This document shows positions 27,442 through 40,479 of a DNA stretch of 64,000 nt, in pieces. The notes below the pieces were generated by a model that saw nothing but the letters and a program-made list of their open reading frames with translations, was not told the origin of the DNA and did not search any database. The translations under genes were made by a program, and so were the position numbers. Within the stretch, counting starts at the first letter, position 1. The number at the start of each line of letters is the position of its first letter. This DNA is from Botryllus schlosseri (Eukaryota): NCBI GenBank assembly GCA_051294905.1, contig CM119371.1:25732001-25796000 (forward strand), in the 5' to 3' direction.

Positions 27442-27740
27442 CTATAATTTATATGACGACAGTGAGGAGTAGCTACGAATTTAGACTACCTTTTTAGTGT
27501 TTAGCCAAAACTAGACCTGAAACACCTACTGTTTACGCATTCGGAAATAGCTACTTGTTGTACTTGAGTAAAATCTCCTATGCCATGATAGTAAAAGTAC
27601 TTTTTCAATGGTCTCGATGAAAGGGAGGAGTTCAATCAAAATTCTACAATGCATTTTCGTGATGCTGAATGAATTATCACGACGATGACAGAGCAAAATA
27701 AATCAATGATATTAAAGTTATAAAATTAGCCTTCGACATG
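27442..27740 (+). repeat. Third, more diverged partial copy of the TIR-arm segment 25162-25485
   Basis: CTATAATTTATATGACGACAGTGAGGAGTA...CTTCGACATGA matches 25162 onward and starts immediately after a hAT terminus. Confidence 0.85.
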
Positions 27741-29539
27741 AATCAACCTATTGAAAATTATCTTAAGAAAACGAATATTATGACCCACTACTACCAAACA
27801 GGGTGATATGGACTAATTTATTCCTTTGTCAGGAATGGTTATACTTCTACTTTTCAGACGTCGTAGCTTCATGCTCTGTTCATATTGCATGTTGTTCATT
27901 TATTTCGCGAGCTCGCGATTGGTTATCGACTTTCTGTTTCTGAAGAAGTTGTTGATGGAAGGTACTCGGTAACGAATTACTCGAGGTTATCAGAGCTTAC
28001 TCTATTACGGTTTGCCTATCTGCTACATAAAGCAACCGAATACATAAAATGTTTCAGACAACAGTAAATACGCTACGTCTTCACAAAAGAACGCGAAGAA
28101 AGCATGTTTCACATAGTATCACGGTAAGAATTGTAATCAAAGCTCACGTGGCTACGAAGGTGTCAGCAAGTAAAATCAGCAAGTCTATATCCGGCTTCCG
28201 GCCCTGATTTAGTAATCGACTCGACCAGCTTTCATCACAAACTTTCACAAATTATTCAATAACAATGACCAGCTAATAAAAGTCGGTAATGTTTAAGTAC
28301 GTTATCATCAAGTCAATACTTGATTTGTTGTAAATATACAACGCATGCATTGGTTTATTCTTGCCTAAAGCGGATTTAGAGATCTTGACAAAGGTATTGT
28401 GATTTATGGGTGTGGAAATTTCCTTGTAACCCAATATTCCCTATGTTCCCGATGGTCCACAGTTAATATTTTGGTATCAGATTGTATAACTCCAACAGTC
28501 GTATCGAACATACACTTTGCCTTATTCCTGGATAAAGCCGCAAAAGTTTAAGTATGAAAAGTTCCTTTTAAAATAATTTTATTTATGTTCCCGACACCTC
28601 ATGACTACTAATTATAATGAGAAATTTTGAAATGGTCGCAGCTAACACAAAATGACTATAATGACACCACTCATGGCTAGAATCTTCAAAACATATATTC
28701 CATCACCTTGATTCAGTAGCTATTATACGCATTTATTCTGGCAATTTAACTGGTGATAGTGGTGCTGTATTATCCCTGAAGTACTTTCTACCATACAAAA
28801 ACAAATTGCAAACGAAATTAGTTCATCCAGAATACTGTTCAGGCAAATGTTGAAGTAGTTGTAAAACATCACGACTTCAGTAAGTAGTACAAGTAGACAA
28901 AATCTACCCGAGTACCACGAGGAAGTATCAATATTCCAAGCATATATAATATCTCAAAAACGTGCCGTGATAAAGTAAAAATAACGTCAGATTCGTGTTC
29001 AGCACCCCAAATTGAGTATTATTGACCAACGAAGTCCTGCCACAAAAATCGTGTAGACCAGTGTAATAGTGAGTATAGATATTACATTCCGTAAGAAATA
29101 ATGGTATATACAATTGCAGTCCTCGGCTGTTGTTTTATGGAAGTCTTCGTAGGTCTGTATGGGAAAATGTCTATTGCCATGTCAATATCTCCCAAACCAC
29201 TTTAGTCAGAACTAAGCCAATGCGCACATATCATATATTGTATTGGAGTTATATTATTTATCACCAAAATCGTACCTGTTAAACCACAGAAACCTGAAGA
29301 AAACTTGATTATAAAAGTTATCATAAGATCTAATTGCTCCAGTTACTCCGCTATCATATTTTGACTTCACGAGAAGATCCGTTATGTTACCTCCGATGTT
29401 TGATACCGATATCCTCACAAAATGTGATATTATCGACACTGAATTGACACTAGCCCCTGAATTTCCCCACCCGCTCGCAATTGGGATATGTTTTATTAAC
29501 CCTCGCTGCACTAATAGGGGTTTATGACGAGACGGCTCT

Positions 29540-30200
29540 GTATGTACCATGTATTGCAAACAGATATTATTGCGATAAATGATTTTTTCCAATCTTCTCG
29601 AATTCTACTGGGGATTGAGTCCAACTGTCCGACAAATATTACATTTAATATTTGTGAGAGTGATTTGCATAGCCATGTGACACTTGAGGTCGTGTGAGTA
29701 AATGCTTCACATATCGCATGTATTGTTCTTTGAGATTATATGCATTCTGATATGACGTTTCAGGTTACTCTTTCGAGAAATTTATTTACCGCAAATATCA
29801 CATGAAATCTTGTTTTTTCCGAAATGCATATCCGAATGGTGTTGGAAGTTACTCCTATCGAGAATTTTCTTTCCGCAAATGGCACATTTATATAGGAGAG
29901 CGCTATGCCTATCGATGTGTCGTTTGTAGGCATCCTTTCCCATATATTCTTTCTCACAAATTTCGCATGCAATCTTTTCCATGTCGCCATGTAATTTCAT
30001 ATGTCGTGTAAAGAACCATTTCCATGAAAATGCTTTACCACAAATTTCGCATTCACACTCTTCCACCCTGATATGGACATTCATATGACGGGTCAATAAA
30101 CCTTTCAATCGGAATGCTCTATCACAGATTTCACACTTCACACAGCCGCGAATGTAGATTGGAATTATTGATGTAGTAAATCTTCGGACAAAAGTATCTT
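29540..30200 (-). pseudogene. C2H2 zinc-finger array pseudogene (at least 5 clear fingers plus degenerate ones)
   Basis: ORF 29782..30141 contains CEICDRAF..H..H, CEICGKAF..H, CEICEKEY..H and CAICGKKI..H. The fifth finger CDICGK*ISRKSNLKRHIRMH has an in-frame stop; more stops and frameshifts follow. Confidence 0.9.
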
Positions 30201-33200
30201 CCCAAATCAGCTGGATGAGTCAACTTACTCTGTGTACCCATAAGAATCCTCCGGTTACTTCTTAAAAAAGTAAAATCTAGAGAAACGGTTGAGTTTAGTA
30301 TGCAGTGCTTTGACGTGACTGTGAAGTACTGAATTAACTACAAATAATCGACTCGAAGAGTTGCATCATATGCGCACATTACAAAATTTACTTCAGTACT
30401 CCTGAAAGTAGAATTACTTTGTTCCTGATTATATTTGTATGGTTCGATGATATGAACATCTATCAACGATTTCGACAAATATTACAATTCAGTGTCTGCA
30501 ACTAGAACTACTTAACTAAGTCGCAACTATAACTATAACTAAAACTACTCACTTTCTAAAATACCCAACTAGAACTAGAACTTGAATTAGAACTTGAAAT
30601 CCTAACCTTTTTAAACTCGACTAAACTAGAATTAAAACTAGAACTACTCACTAATGCCATAAAAGGATCGATATTATTTTGGTACATCAACTCTAGCTTC
30701 TCGGACATCATTCAAAAGAACAGCAGTATCTTGAGTCACGAAAAAACGACGACACGTGTATTTTAGTTGTTCGACAACTAATATTTTTTCAAATGTGCAA
30801 CTAGAACTAGGACCAGAAATACTCACTTTTCAAAATTCGCAACCAGGGCTATAGAAGTGGCTGAAAAAACCGTTAGTTGATCATTTTATCACTTAAATAA
30901 GTGAATTTATCATATATTTCCTTTACTTGCAGTAACGGAATGCACTTTATTTCTCGTGGATTTCACGGGAGTTCTTGTGTCCTATTTCTATTACTATTTC
31001 GATTTTCTAGAACAAAGCGACACTGATATAGTGGTTAAAATTAATAGAAACTAATACCGACTTTTGATTAAAATCTTGTTACGATATATGATCCGTCAGC
31101 TCGTTTCGAACTTGGAAGTTTACGTAAATACCTGCACCCCTTTATCCGACATAGTCAATGCGTTGGTGGTGTTATATCATACTGACGGACAATGGTTTCA
31201 TAACTCATGGGGAATTTCGCTTATTGAGGATGATCAACTGATAACACAAACGCTGAAAATTCACTAGTATGAAAATTTATGAGTGATCACTAGCAATAAG
31301 TATAGTTTTAAGCTTCGAGATCACACGAAACACATTTTGTATTCTGATTTTATTAGCTCTTCGAATTGATAATAACTCACTCAATTCAGAGACATGTAGG
31401 ACTTATTGAACTACTCACTCATTTCTTGATCATCAACCCCAACTATCTAATTGGATAATAATGACACATCCACTCAAAAGCTTGTGTTACCGACGTAATC
31501 CAGTGCTTTCAATTTAGAAATTATTGAAAATTAATGCATCGCATTATAACAGTACAAAAAGTGCGAACTCATTTGTTGCTTCTCATTCTCAGAAAATTTA
31601 ATTCCACCTGTGTAGCAGCGGTTCCGAAGTCATTAAAGGTTAAGAACCGAACTCGAATGGATTTCATTCTCTTACGCAACACCTTAACTTTTAATATATC
31701 GTAAATATCAGATATAGAATCTACATTTCGAAAGTAAGAGATTTCGAGTTTGAAATAGGAGATATTCCAACCACAAATAAACCCACCCGACGGCTATACC
31801 GCTGATGATTCTGACTAGAATCGACTGCCCGGACGTCATTTAACGGAACGGCGGTATCTCGATTCACGAAAAACGGCAACATGTGTTTTCTAGTTTTCCG
31901 ACAGCTAGTATTTTTTCGAATGCACAACTAGAACTAGGATCAGAACTACTGAATTTTTAAAATCTACAACTATATTATTTTCAATTGAGACAATGTGCTA
32001 TGACGATTGTTTCTAATATCAGATGTTTTGTGACTGGTATTACTTTTTCATCATATCGGATTATAACTATGGAAATGAATCCAGTTTCACACACTATACA
32101 AATAATATTTTCTATCAGCGTTTGAAAATAAAAGTATGTACAAAGGTACCTCTAGACAACCAAGCTATATGGATTTCTAGTGGTATTATACGACATGACC
32201 ACGTCCGCGACAGACGTAGTGCTGAGGTTGGGTGAAATTTAATAACTTAGATAACTTTAGTAGGGAATTGAGTTTCACGTGTGGTAAATAGTATTTTACA
32301 TATCAATTACGCATGCCCGAATGTTATTAACTGTTTGTAACCAGAAGTCATGCGCTGCTTCACCTAAGTGGGAAATTTGGACTAATAGATACACAATACT
32401 ATATGCCCTGCACATCCGTAATGATAGGAAGCCCATCGACATAAGATAAAATGCGTAGAATGCTTGTAGGCATGATATGAGTAAATACGCGTAGCAGCAC
32501 CAAACATTGGAAATATATTGACACTACAATTTCTGACAACGGAAAAAGTCATGTCGAAAGGTAATTTTTTATAACGGTAATATCCCATAGTGCTACTTCA
32601 TAAATTAATTGATTTATTTTGCTATGTTATCGTCGTCATAATTCATTCAGCATCACGAAAATGCATTGTAGAATTTTGATTGAACTCCTACCTTTCGTCA
32701 AGACCATTGAAAAAGTACTTTCACTATCATGATATAGGACGTTTTACTCAAGTACAATAAGTAGCGTTTTCCGAATGCGTAAACAGTAAGTGTTCAAGGT
32801 CTAGTTTTGGTTAAACACTAAAAAGCAGTCTAAATTCGTACTTACTCCTCACTGTCGTGATATAAATTACAGCAACCCAACCGGTAAAATCAACCCCAAA
32901 AGATTAAATACTGTGTTTATGACACAAATCTAAATTCTGGATATGCTGTTACTATTTGAGCGTCATTACCTCAAAATTCAAACAAATCACACATTTTGAC
33001 ACATGTGACAGATTCCCCGCATCATTGTAAATTGTACATACATTACCGTGAATGACATTTCACTTCTTCGGACGCGCGTCAATTGTTGACACCTATTGTC
33101 ACCAATTGTAGATTGGAGCGCCTGAAAACATACTCTTGGATACGTCATATCATTTCATCTATTGTCACCCATTGTCCTCTCATGGATGCGCTAGAGACGC

Positions 33201-33230
33201 AATAAACGTTACTTTTTAATGAAGCGCGAC

Positions 33231-33281
33231 GGGCGGGCGGCGGCGGCGGCGGGTGGGCGGCGGCGGCGGGCGGGCGGGCGA
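33231..33281 (+). repeat. GC-rich microsatellite (GGC/GGGC)n
   Basis: GGGCGGGCGGCGGCGGCGGCGGGTGGGCGG... read directly. Confidence 0.9.
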
Positions 33282-33751
33282 CGCGTTTGTTTAATTAAGA
33301 GCCGAGGCGATTGATTGGACGTAGCGCTCTCGCCTGCGTCATTACCGTAAAATTCAAACAAATCATACATTTTGACACACGTGAGAGATTCCCACTATCA
33401 TCAAGTAAATTCAGACGCGCGTCATTGCAAACTTGTCACGTGATCAAGGCTGAGTATGGTGCAATATCGCTAGGTTCAGACTAGGGTATTACCCATTGTG
33501 CAATACCATAAAGGTCGCTAGCACACACACCCCATTAAGCTGTCACGCTTCGTTCTCCTCACACACCCGTTATTGTTACCCATTCTCCCGCATATAAGTG
33601 GTATTGACATAACTCTTTCGCGCGCTTTTTCTCTGTTTGATTTGAAATTCAAAATTGTCACGTGATCAAATGCTACGATTTGATTGGTCCGCCTCTGCTC
33701 TAGCTCTCATATACTACTGAGGTCCTACATGTAGAGTAAGTCGCTCTAGAT

Positions 33752-34914
33752 CAGGGGTGGGCAAACTTTTCAGCTCGCGGGCCGCATTCAACATCTGAAT
33801 CCATTCGCGGGACGCATTAGGGTATAATCGGAATTATAAGTGAAGACGCAAACTTTTGTTTGATTTTATAGTAACTATGGAGACGTGGAAATTATACATA
33901 TAAACCATTGATTTGATGATAACGCACATGCGTCAGAAACATTAACGAGATTTTATGACCTGGCCATCTTCAATTAATTCGTCAAAATTAGGAATGGAAG
34001 TAGGTTGTGCCGATTCTTGGGACAAGATGGAAATTTGAATATGTGAGAAGCGATCAGCTCACATATATGCTGATTCTGAGTTTGGTTAAGCTTCAGACCG
34101 CCCAACGCTGACATCATCATAACCAGCATGATTCATTTAAATACGTTTCAACAAATGACTTCTTAACGTTCTTTTGTGGGGACGACATCAACATAATTTA
34201 CTGTTGTCTCAAAACTTTTTAATAATTCGGTTGATTTATTTCAGACCGCACACATTTCATGTGATACAATGGGCCTACCATCAGTATGTTCCGATTCGAG
34301 TGATGTTTCAAATTGCTGCAACGAATTCATTACAATAATGTCATATTGTGACAAGTAATTCGTCTTGCGTTACCTCCGACATCGAAACAGAAGTACCTTT
34401 CAGTTAATTCGTTACTGATAGCAAAGAATTCAACTTTTCGCTTTTTGTATTCGGTTTTTGTATTCGCTTTTTGTATTGATTTAGACAACCCATTATAAAC
34501 AAATTGAGGACCGAGTTACAAACAATTTGCTCCTAACTGCGCATAAAGAGAACGAATCACGCACGCACGAAATGGTTTTTCCAAGTACAGCACTGAAAGT
34601 TGGCGTTCTAACCCGATATCACAATTACTATCCGAACTAATTATTTCCGTTTTGTGTTTCTCAGATGTTCAGGAACTGGTCGGGCTACTCCGCCAACCAT
34701 AAATTCAAAATATAAAATATTATGATTATAATTTAATCTATCTGATATCATGATAAAGTATCGTTTAACCAAGTGTCTCCATAATCCATAGTAATTAGAT
34801 TTGTATTGCGCATTTTATCAAAATGTCGAATACATTTCTCGATGCCTTCGCGGGCCGCACAAAATGCCGTAACGGGCCGCATGCAGCCCGCGGGCCGTAG
34901 TTTGCCGACCCCTG
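33752..34914. mobile_element. Charlie-type hAT non-autonomous element
   Basis: CAGGGGTGGGCAAACT / AGTTTGCCGACCCCTG TIRs; perfect TSD CTCTAGAT. Confidence 0.92.
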
Positions 34915-35423
34915 CTCTAGATGTTGTGTGATTGCGGGTCAAGCTCACAGCAGACAGTCACTAAATATTCGAGCAAAATTTTGTAACAAAGCAATTAAAA
35001 TTTTTGAGATTGTAAAGGTGCATGCTCATTGCTCACTTGGGGTTGATTTTTTGTTATGCTGCCAGCGCCATGCATGTAGTGGCTCGCAGTTGAAATGCAA
35101 TAAATTACAACTAAAGATGGTATCATGAAGTGAAAATTATCATATATGAAAAAGATTCACAGTACAGAACCAACCAAGGCTCGTTTGGGAACGTGAACCT
35201 CTAAATTTCTGAGGTTCACACACAGAACGCGAATGTGAACCTCACGCTCACACCATACCTAATATGTATCCCATACGAGTGGAGTGCATTCTGTTTTCGT
35301 GAAAATGTATACACACAAAAGAATTTACTATACCTCTGGGGCTATATCTTGGTGATTGGCCTATTTACCTCGTTTTAAAGTATTAGAATGAGTAATTTGT
35401 CAACACATGCGATAAGGACATAC

Positions 35424-35977
35424 CAACCACGGGAGAAACCAAGAATCACAATTTCCAATTGGCTACAGGAAATTTGACGGTCATTTTTGACCGGCTTGCC
35501 GAGCATTAAATTTGGTAAAACGGGTATCAATCAAAAGCTGACTCTGCACTAAATACAAAAATATAAATTTTATTCCGCTCGCGGCCCTGGAACTCCCACG
35601 ATCAGCCTCGAATTTTTTATTGTTATCGAGATTGCCATTGGGACGCAGCAATGCTGAACAATGCTGTCTGGCTCTTATTCTCTTGATCTACTCTCTCGTT
35701 TCGCCAGACAGCGTCCCAATGCCAATCTCCATAACAATGGGAAATTCGAGGCTGATTGTGGGAGTTCCAGGGCCACGAGCAGAATAAAATTTATATTTTC
35801 GTAATTAGTGCAGAGTCAGCTTTCCATTGATACCCGTTTTACCAAATTTAATGCTCGGCAAGGCGATCAGAAATGACCGTCAAATTGCCTGTAGCCAAAT
35901 GGAAATTGTGACGTGATACAATTTCACTGAGGCATTAGATTTGCCTGTGTCGACACCATATAGGACACTATGGTTGA
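35424..35977. mobile_element. Long-inverted-repeat MITE (same family as 10729-11312)
   Basis: 35447-35660 is inverted to 35690-35910; CAACCA...TGGTTG ends. Confidence 0.8.
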
Positions 35978-36550
35978 ACACAATGGTCTGTCATTGAATG
36001 ATGACCATGTCTCATTGTTGCGGGTACAAAGTATATGTGAACTAGATTCCGGACTTCAATTGCAAAGTTCTAACCCTGTGGTGCAACCTTCTCCTAAATT
36101 TTACACAAGTAAACGATAAGGTAAGAAATAACTCGAAAACTATACCAGTATTGTTTTAGCGTGATAGAATGCACCATTTTAAAATAAGGGTTGAAGCTCT
36201 CCAGAAAAATCGCAATATTCAAAGAGTCGCAATAAAAGGGTCGAACAGCCGAATGTGGGGCCGAGCATTAGTTTAACCAATGCTCACCCCTGTGAGAGAT
36301 GATGCACGAACTCCTTCTGTGGCATTAACTAGGTCGACGTATTTTGATAAAATTCTACTCCAGGGTACACAAATGAGAGTTTAAGAGGTTGACTTACGGA
36401 AATGCAGCTTTTTTAATTCATTAGGGTGATGTCAAATCTCACAGAACAAGTTAAAGTTCGCTGCGTGTGTTTCAGTAGAGCCCGCGCTTACACGCAGCCC
36501 GAATCACTCTAAACTAAATATGTTTGGTCAATTAAATATACCGATCTCAC

Positions 36551-36594
36551 CTTTACCGCAATGCCTTTCATTTTCAGCGTAGTTGCAGTCTAAA
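36551..36594 (-). CDS. Exon of LDLa-repeat protein (LDCNYAENERHCGK)
   Basis: tttacag acceptor and AG|gtgag donor. Its phase-2 start completes codon AA|T from exon 37387-37471. Confidence 0.75.
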
Positions 36595-37386
36595 CTGTAA
36601 ATAAATCGGCGGTGTCTAATGATTCTGTGAATTCATATGTAAAAATGAGATTATACAAACTAGTCTACAAACTAGTGACTGAACCATGTATACTAGACGC
36701 CAAGCGACCATTAATATTGAACAGTGGTATAAATGTTCTCCGGAACTGGAGATGGTGCGATTCAACATGTACGACTGTACGATAGGGACGATATGTCTAC
36801 CATTTGATGTTTTGCTTTTTGGTAGTTGTCAAAGGTCGTTTCACATTTACATAAAGTCGGCATTAAATTTGTGAGTTATGAGCGATCCATTTTCACTGAA
36901 TGTTCTCCGTGCCCTATGTCGGCGGCTCAGAAATAACAGATTTAACACCAATATGGTGTAAAATCATTAATGAAACACCATTAATACCGCAAAATAACGA
37001 ACGAGGACAGATATGCTTCATAAAAGACAACATATACGTACAGTTGATATTTTAGAACGGTCTTTATTGCGAATCTCCATTTTCAACAATTATAACCGAA
37101 ATGAAAGGCTATCTATGCAACACCCAATGAAGTGCGATATTTCCACTCCCATTAGGAATGAAGTCACCAGTCTTCAAGAACATTATACACTAACGCGATC
37201 AGTGAGCTATTGAGCATGATTTGGAAGTTACACGAATGCTTCAGCTCACGGCATATACCGAATGATAGTGCTTTGGTGTATACAGACTAGCATTGACATC
37301 GGATTTCGGCATATTACGGATGAATTAGAAGTCTCTCATGACTGGTAATCTGACTATATAACAGTATTTCGAGATAACTTGCTTAC

Positions 37387-37471
37387 TTTTTATCGCACAC
37401 TTGATTTCGATCGACTTCAATTTGCTTTGAATCGTTCGATTTCTTGCAGTGAAGAAAGCGACTTTCTCCGT
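37387..37471 (-). CDS. Exon of LDLa-repeat protein (DGESRFLHCKKSNDSKQIEVDRNQVCDK)
   Basis: ag/gtaagc boundaries, phases 1 and 2, in frame with both neighbours. Confidence 0.78.
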
Positions 37472-37545
37472 CTATCATTTTTATATATATTCGAGTAATA
37501 AAAGGGACTAGTTCGTTCCACGCTTAAGGGGTAACTATTACTTAC

Positions 37546-37704
37546 CCCATTCATGTCTTTCACATATTTCGGGACGCTCAATCGATTGACAAAGGCATTC
37601 GTCAGTCAAATTCGGACAATCAAACGATCCGTCACACAACCTGGTTGTGGGGATCATTATATCGGGATGTCCAATGCAACGGAAGCATGCCGCGTCAAGA
37701 TGAT
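37546..37704 (-). CDS. Exon of LDLa-repeat protein, possibly a GRL101-like LDLa-GPCR (DHLDAACFRCIGHPDIMIPTTRLCDGSFDCPNLTDECLCQSIERPEICERHEW)
   Basis: 159-bp open phase 1-1 exon with ag and gtaagt sites; contains the LDLa signature CDG..DC...DE..C. Confidence 0.85.
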
Positions 37705-38346
37705 CTTAGAATATCATATTAAATTAGCAGTTCGAATAGAAAACAGATAAGCGCGATATATATTTGTGTCCGTCTTGTATAATGGTACATAAACTGGAGG
37801 ACCCGTCTCCTGCGGAAAGCCTTCTTAGATTTTCGAGGCATACTTTGCCGAAATCTAAGTTTTCAAAAACGGCAGAAAGCAATCTACCAATTGTATTTTT
37901 AACGTCCCAATTACAGATAGGTGGTCAAAATAGTTAAGAAAGCTAAACGATTACAAGTAGAAGTAGCGACTGACAATCTTACACAAATACTAGAAGTATA
38001 CGCCATTTCGAAGTAGCTAAAAACTACATCAATCAGTAGTATAATTTGCTGTCTTTGCGACTACTCAAATAAGTTGAAACTTACTCTCTGAAACTCTGAG
38101 TAACGATCTGTTGTCGTGTACCACCCTTTTCGGCTCCTCGGGTGTAAATACACACATGCCACCACATTTACATCATATAGCCAAGTCTTAGCGTGTAATT
38201 CATCCATTGACCAGCATTTGATTGACAACCCCCCTTGCGCCCTGAACTATTCTGACGATATGTTTTGAGTACTATCCAAGAGCATATTTACATTCCATTT
38301 AACGGTTTTTGGGTTCAAATTTATCAAACTAAATAATTCAGTCCTT

Positions 38347-38649
38347 GGGAAGCGAGTGGCGCAGTCGGTTAAACACTGCAGCCACGACATCGATGGTTCG
38401 ATCCTCGGCTCTGCCATGTTTCTATGTGTCGGAGGTTTATCTGGGCTCCCCATCGCCGATCCCGCTGTAAATACAGCGCCTCGAAAAGCCCAGAAGAAGA
38501 GAGAGCCGAACTCAGGAAAGGTGGCAGCTAAAGACCAGAAAAACGAAGCAAGAACGCAAAAGACCTTGTATTAATGCAATTGATGTGCTGGGCGCAAATA
38601 ACCATATAGGCGATAAGCGCCAATGTTGTGAATAAAACAAACAAACAAA
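38347..38649 (+). mobile_element. tRNA-derived SINE, second family
   Basis: A box TGGCGCAGTCGG, B box GGTTCGATCCT, AATAAAA(CAAA)n tail; paralogue at 63803-64000. Confidence 0.85.
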
Positions 38650-38857
38650 GTCAGTTCTTTTTCGCAAAAAGGATATTTTGTATATTCCTCAGCTTCCCAC
38701 TAGCAGCCGTCGCTTAGATGCTGCCCCTCAGGCGCGCTCGACTTTTTCAAGTTGCTTGTTGCTAGCATCTACGCTGCATTGTTTCTATAGTTGAATTACC
38801 GTTCATGCTATTTAAAAATGCTCATTATTATGTAACTCTGTTCTATACCCTTTATCG

Positions 38858-39722
38858 CAGTGGTTCTCGACCTTTTTGTCTTCGCGGAGCCCTTTTGGAC
38901 CGTCACGGACCCCCGTGGTCCCCGTGGACCCCCGCAGGTTTTCGTTCAAAATTAGCTCAATTATCGTGCAACCGTCATCTGTCCCGCGCAAATATTGATC
39001 CTAGGTTTGTGATAAACAGCCACAAAATGACTTTTCTTGAAAATAACATCAAACTATTTGTAGAAATTCTGTAGATTTTTATTATTTCGAAACGAATTTT
39101 GCAGCTGTATTTGTTGTCTTGAAAATCCGTGTCTTCGATTGGATATGAACAAGTGCCGAAAATCCATTTCCAAAAAGATATGTTGGTGGCGAATGTAAGA
39201 TTAATGCATAACGCTTTCGACGACAGCTTTCGGTGTGTGTCTTTAATGAACATATCACGTTCCATCTAGTCATTTCTATCTAGCATCTCATCTTGAAGTT
39301 AATTAGTGGTTTTATCATAAGATAAAATGGATTTCATGGGGAGGTTTCAATTTCTTTATTGGTACAGATTTAGAAAAAAAATCAGGAATTTATATTTCAA
39401 ACGACTGTGTACTAATTTGCTGTGACTGACAACTCCAAATCCAAATACAGCATTTCATTTTTCAACAAACCCCAACAAAACATCTCTAAACAGCAATATG
39501 TTTGCATCGGCAGGCTATTGGTAATTTACCAAGTAAAATGAGTTCGCGCAGTCGGATAATTCATCTCAGACGACCATTTAATGATGCGAGTCCTAAAGTT
39601 TTAGAAATTATGAAGGGCAACTGTCTCGTGCTTTTCCTAATTAAAGAATAATGAAAATTAGGTAATCAATCACTTTGCCAATTTAGAGGTTTCGTGGAGC
39701 CCATGCAGGTTGAGAACCGATG
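38858..39722. mobile_element. hAT derivative with a transposase C-terminal dimerisation remnant (ZBED5/SCAND3-like)
   Basis: CAGTGGTTCTC TIR; frameshifted minus-strand peptide LSSKALCINLTFAT/TYLFGNGFSALVHIQSKTR. Confidence 0.75.
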
Positions 39723-40479
39723 ATATATCGTGTAGGTTGCTCTTGATAAGAGACATGCGAAACGGTGCTATGGTCAATAAAAATATGAATGTACTGGTAA
39801 GTGTTAAAAACTGAGTCCATGTTCTGTGAAACCAATCAGTTAGTTATACACACTTTTTGCTTGGAGTGCAGTGTCTCCTTTCAGAAATATGGCTACATTG
39901 CGTCACCCCTCGTATAAAAAGGCCCCTAGTTGATCGCCGACGATATGAGCGATACAGATAAATTGTATAAGATACTACACTAAAGCTCGGTGCGATTAGG
40001 AGATATACTGAAATATTGTGGATCACTAATTTCAAACCAGTTGCTTGACTTGATATTTACTGTGATTAAACCCTCACATGGGCGAATTTATGCGAAAGTG
40101 CAAACATGAATCACGCAACCGTTATATAAAATATAATGACGGGGACTTCCGTGAAAAAAGATTAATATTCCATTTAAGTCTCGCGCGAAGCATGACGAAA
40201 TTGTGTACCCTCCGCTAAAACAGGGAGCGAGGTTGTCATCAAATCAATTTTGTTCATAATACATCGACCAACCGCATACATTATCGCTTGGGGTCGCACT
40301 ATGGGGAATTTACTATTAAGGAAAGGAAAGGACGTAGTTTATTTTTGTCCTTGATGTTTTTGCGGCATATACACCGACTCATGATAGACATACACGCGAT
40401 CTGCGCACATGCATACCATGAGTACATGATGTGCATATGCCGCTGGACAAGGAAGTGAAGATATAGCCTTTACAGCTTT

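Larger units (their letters stand above)
23017..33718. mobile_element. ~10.7-kb element with very long TIRs and AGTAGT termini (Polinton/Maverick-like, non-autonomous)
   Basis: Starts AGTAGTATATAAAAGCTAGAGCAGAGGCG and ends CGCCTCTGCTCTAGCTCTCATATACTACT. 23017-23728 is inverted to 32961-33718, and 25074-26043 is inverted to 31991-32960. No TSD and no core Polinton ORF recognised. Confidence 0.75.
17317..35261. mobile_element. Disrupted hAT family D copy (TAGGGATGGTG termini): left part 17317-17672, right part 33719-35261
   Basis: Both parts align inversely to the intact copy 19458-20444. No TSD seen, so the halves may come from different copies. Confidence 0.65.
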
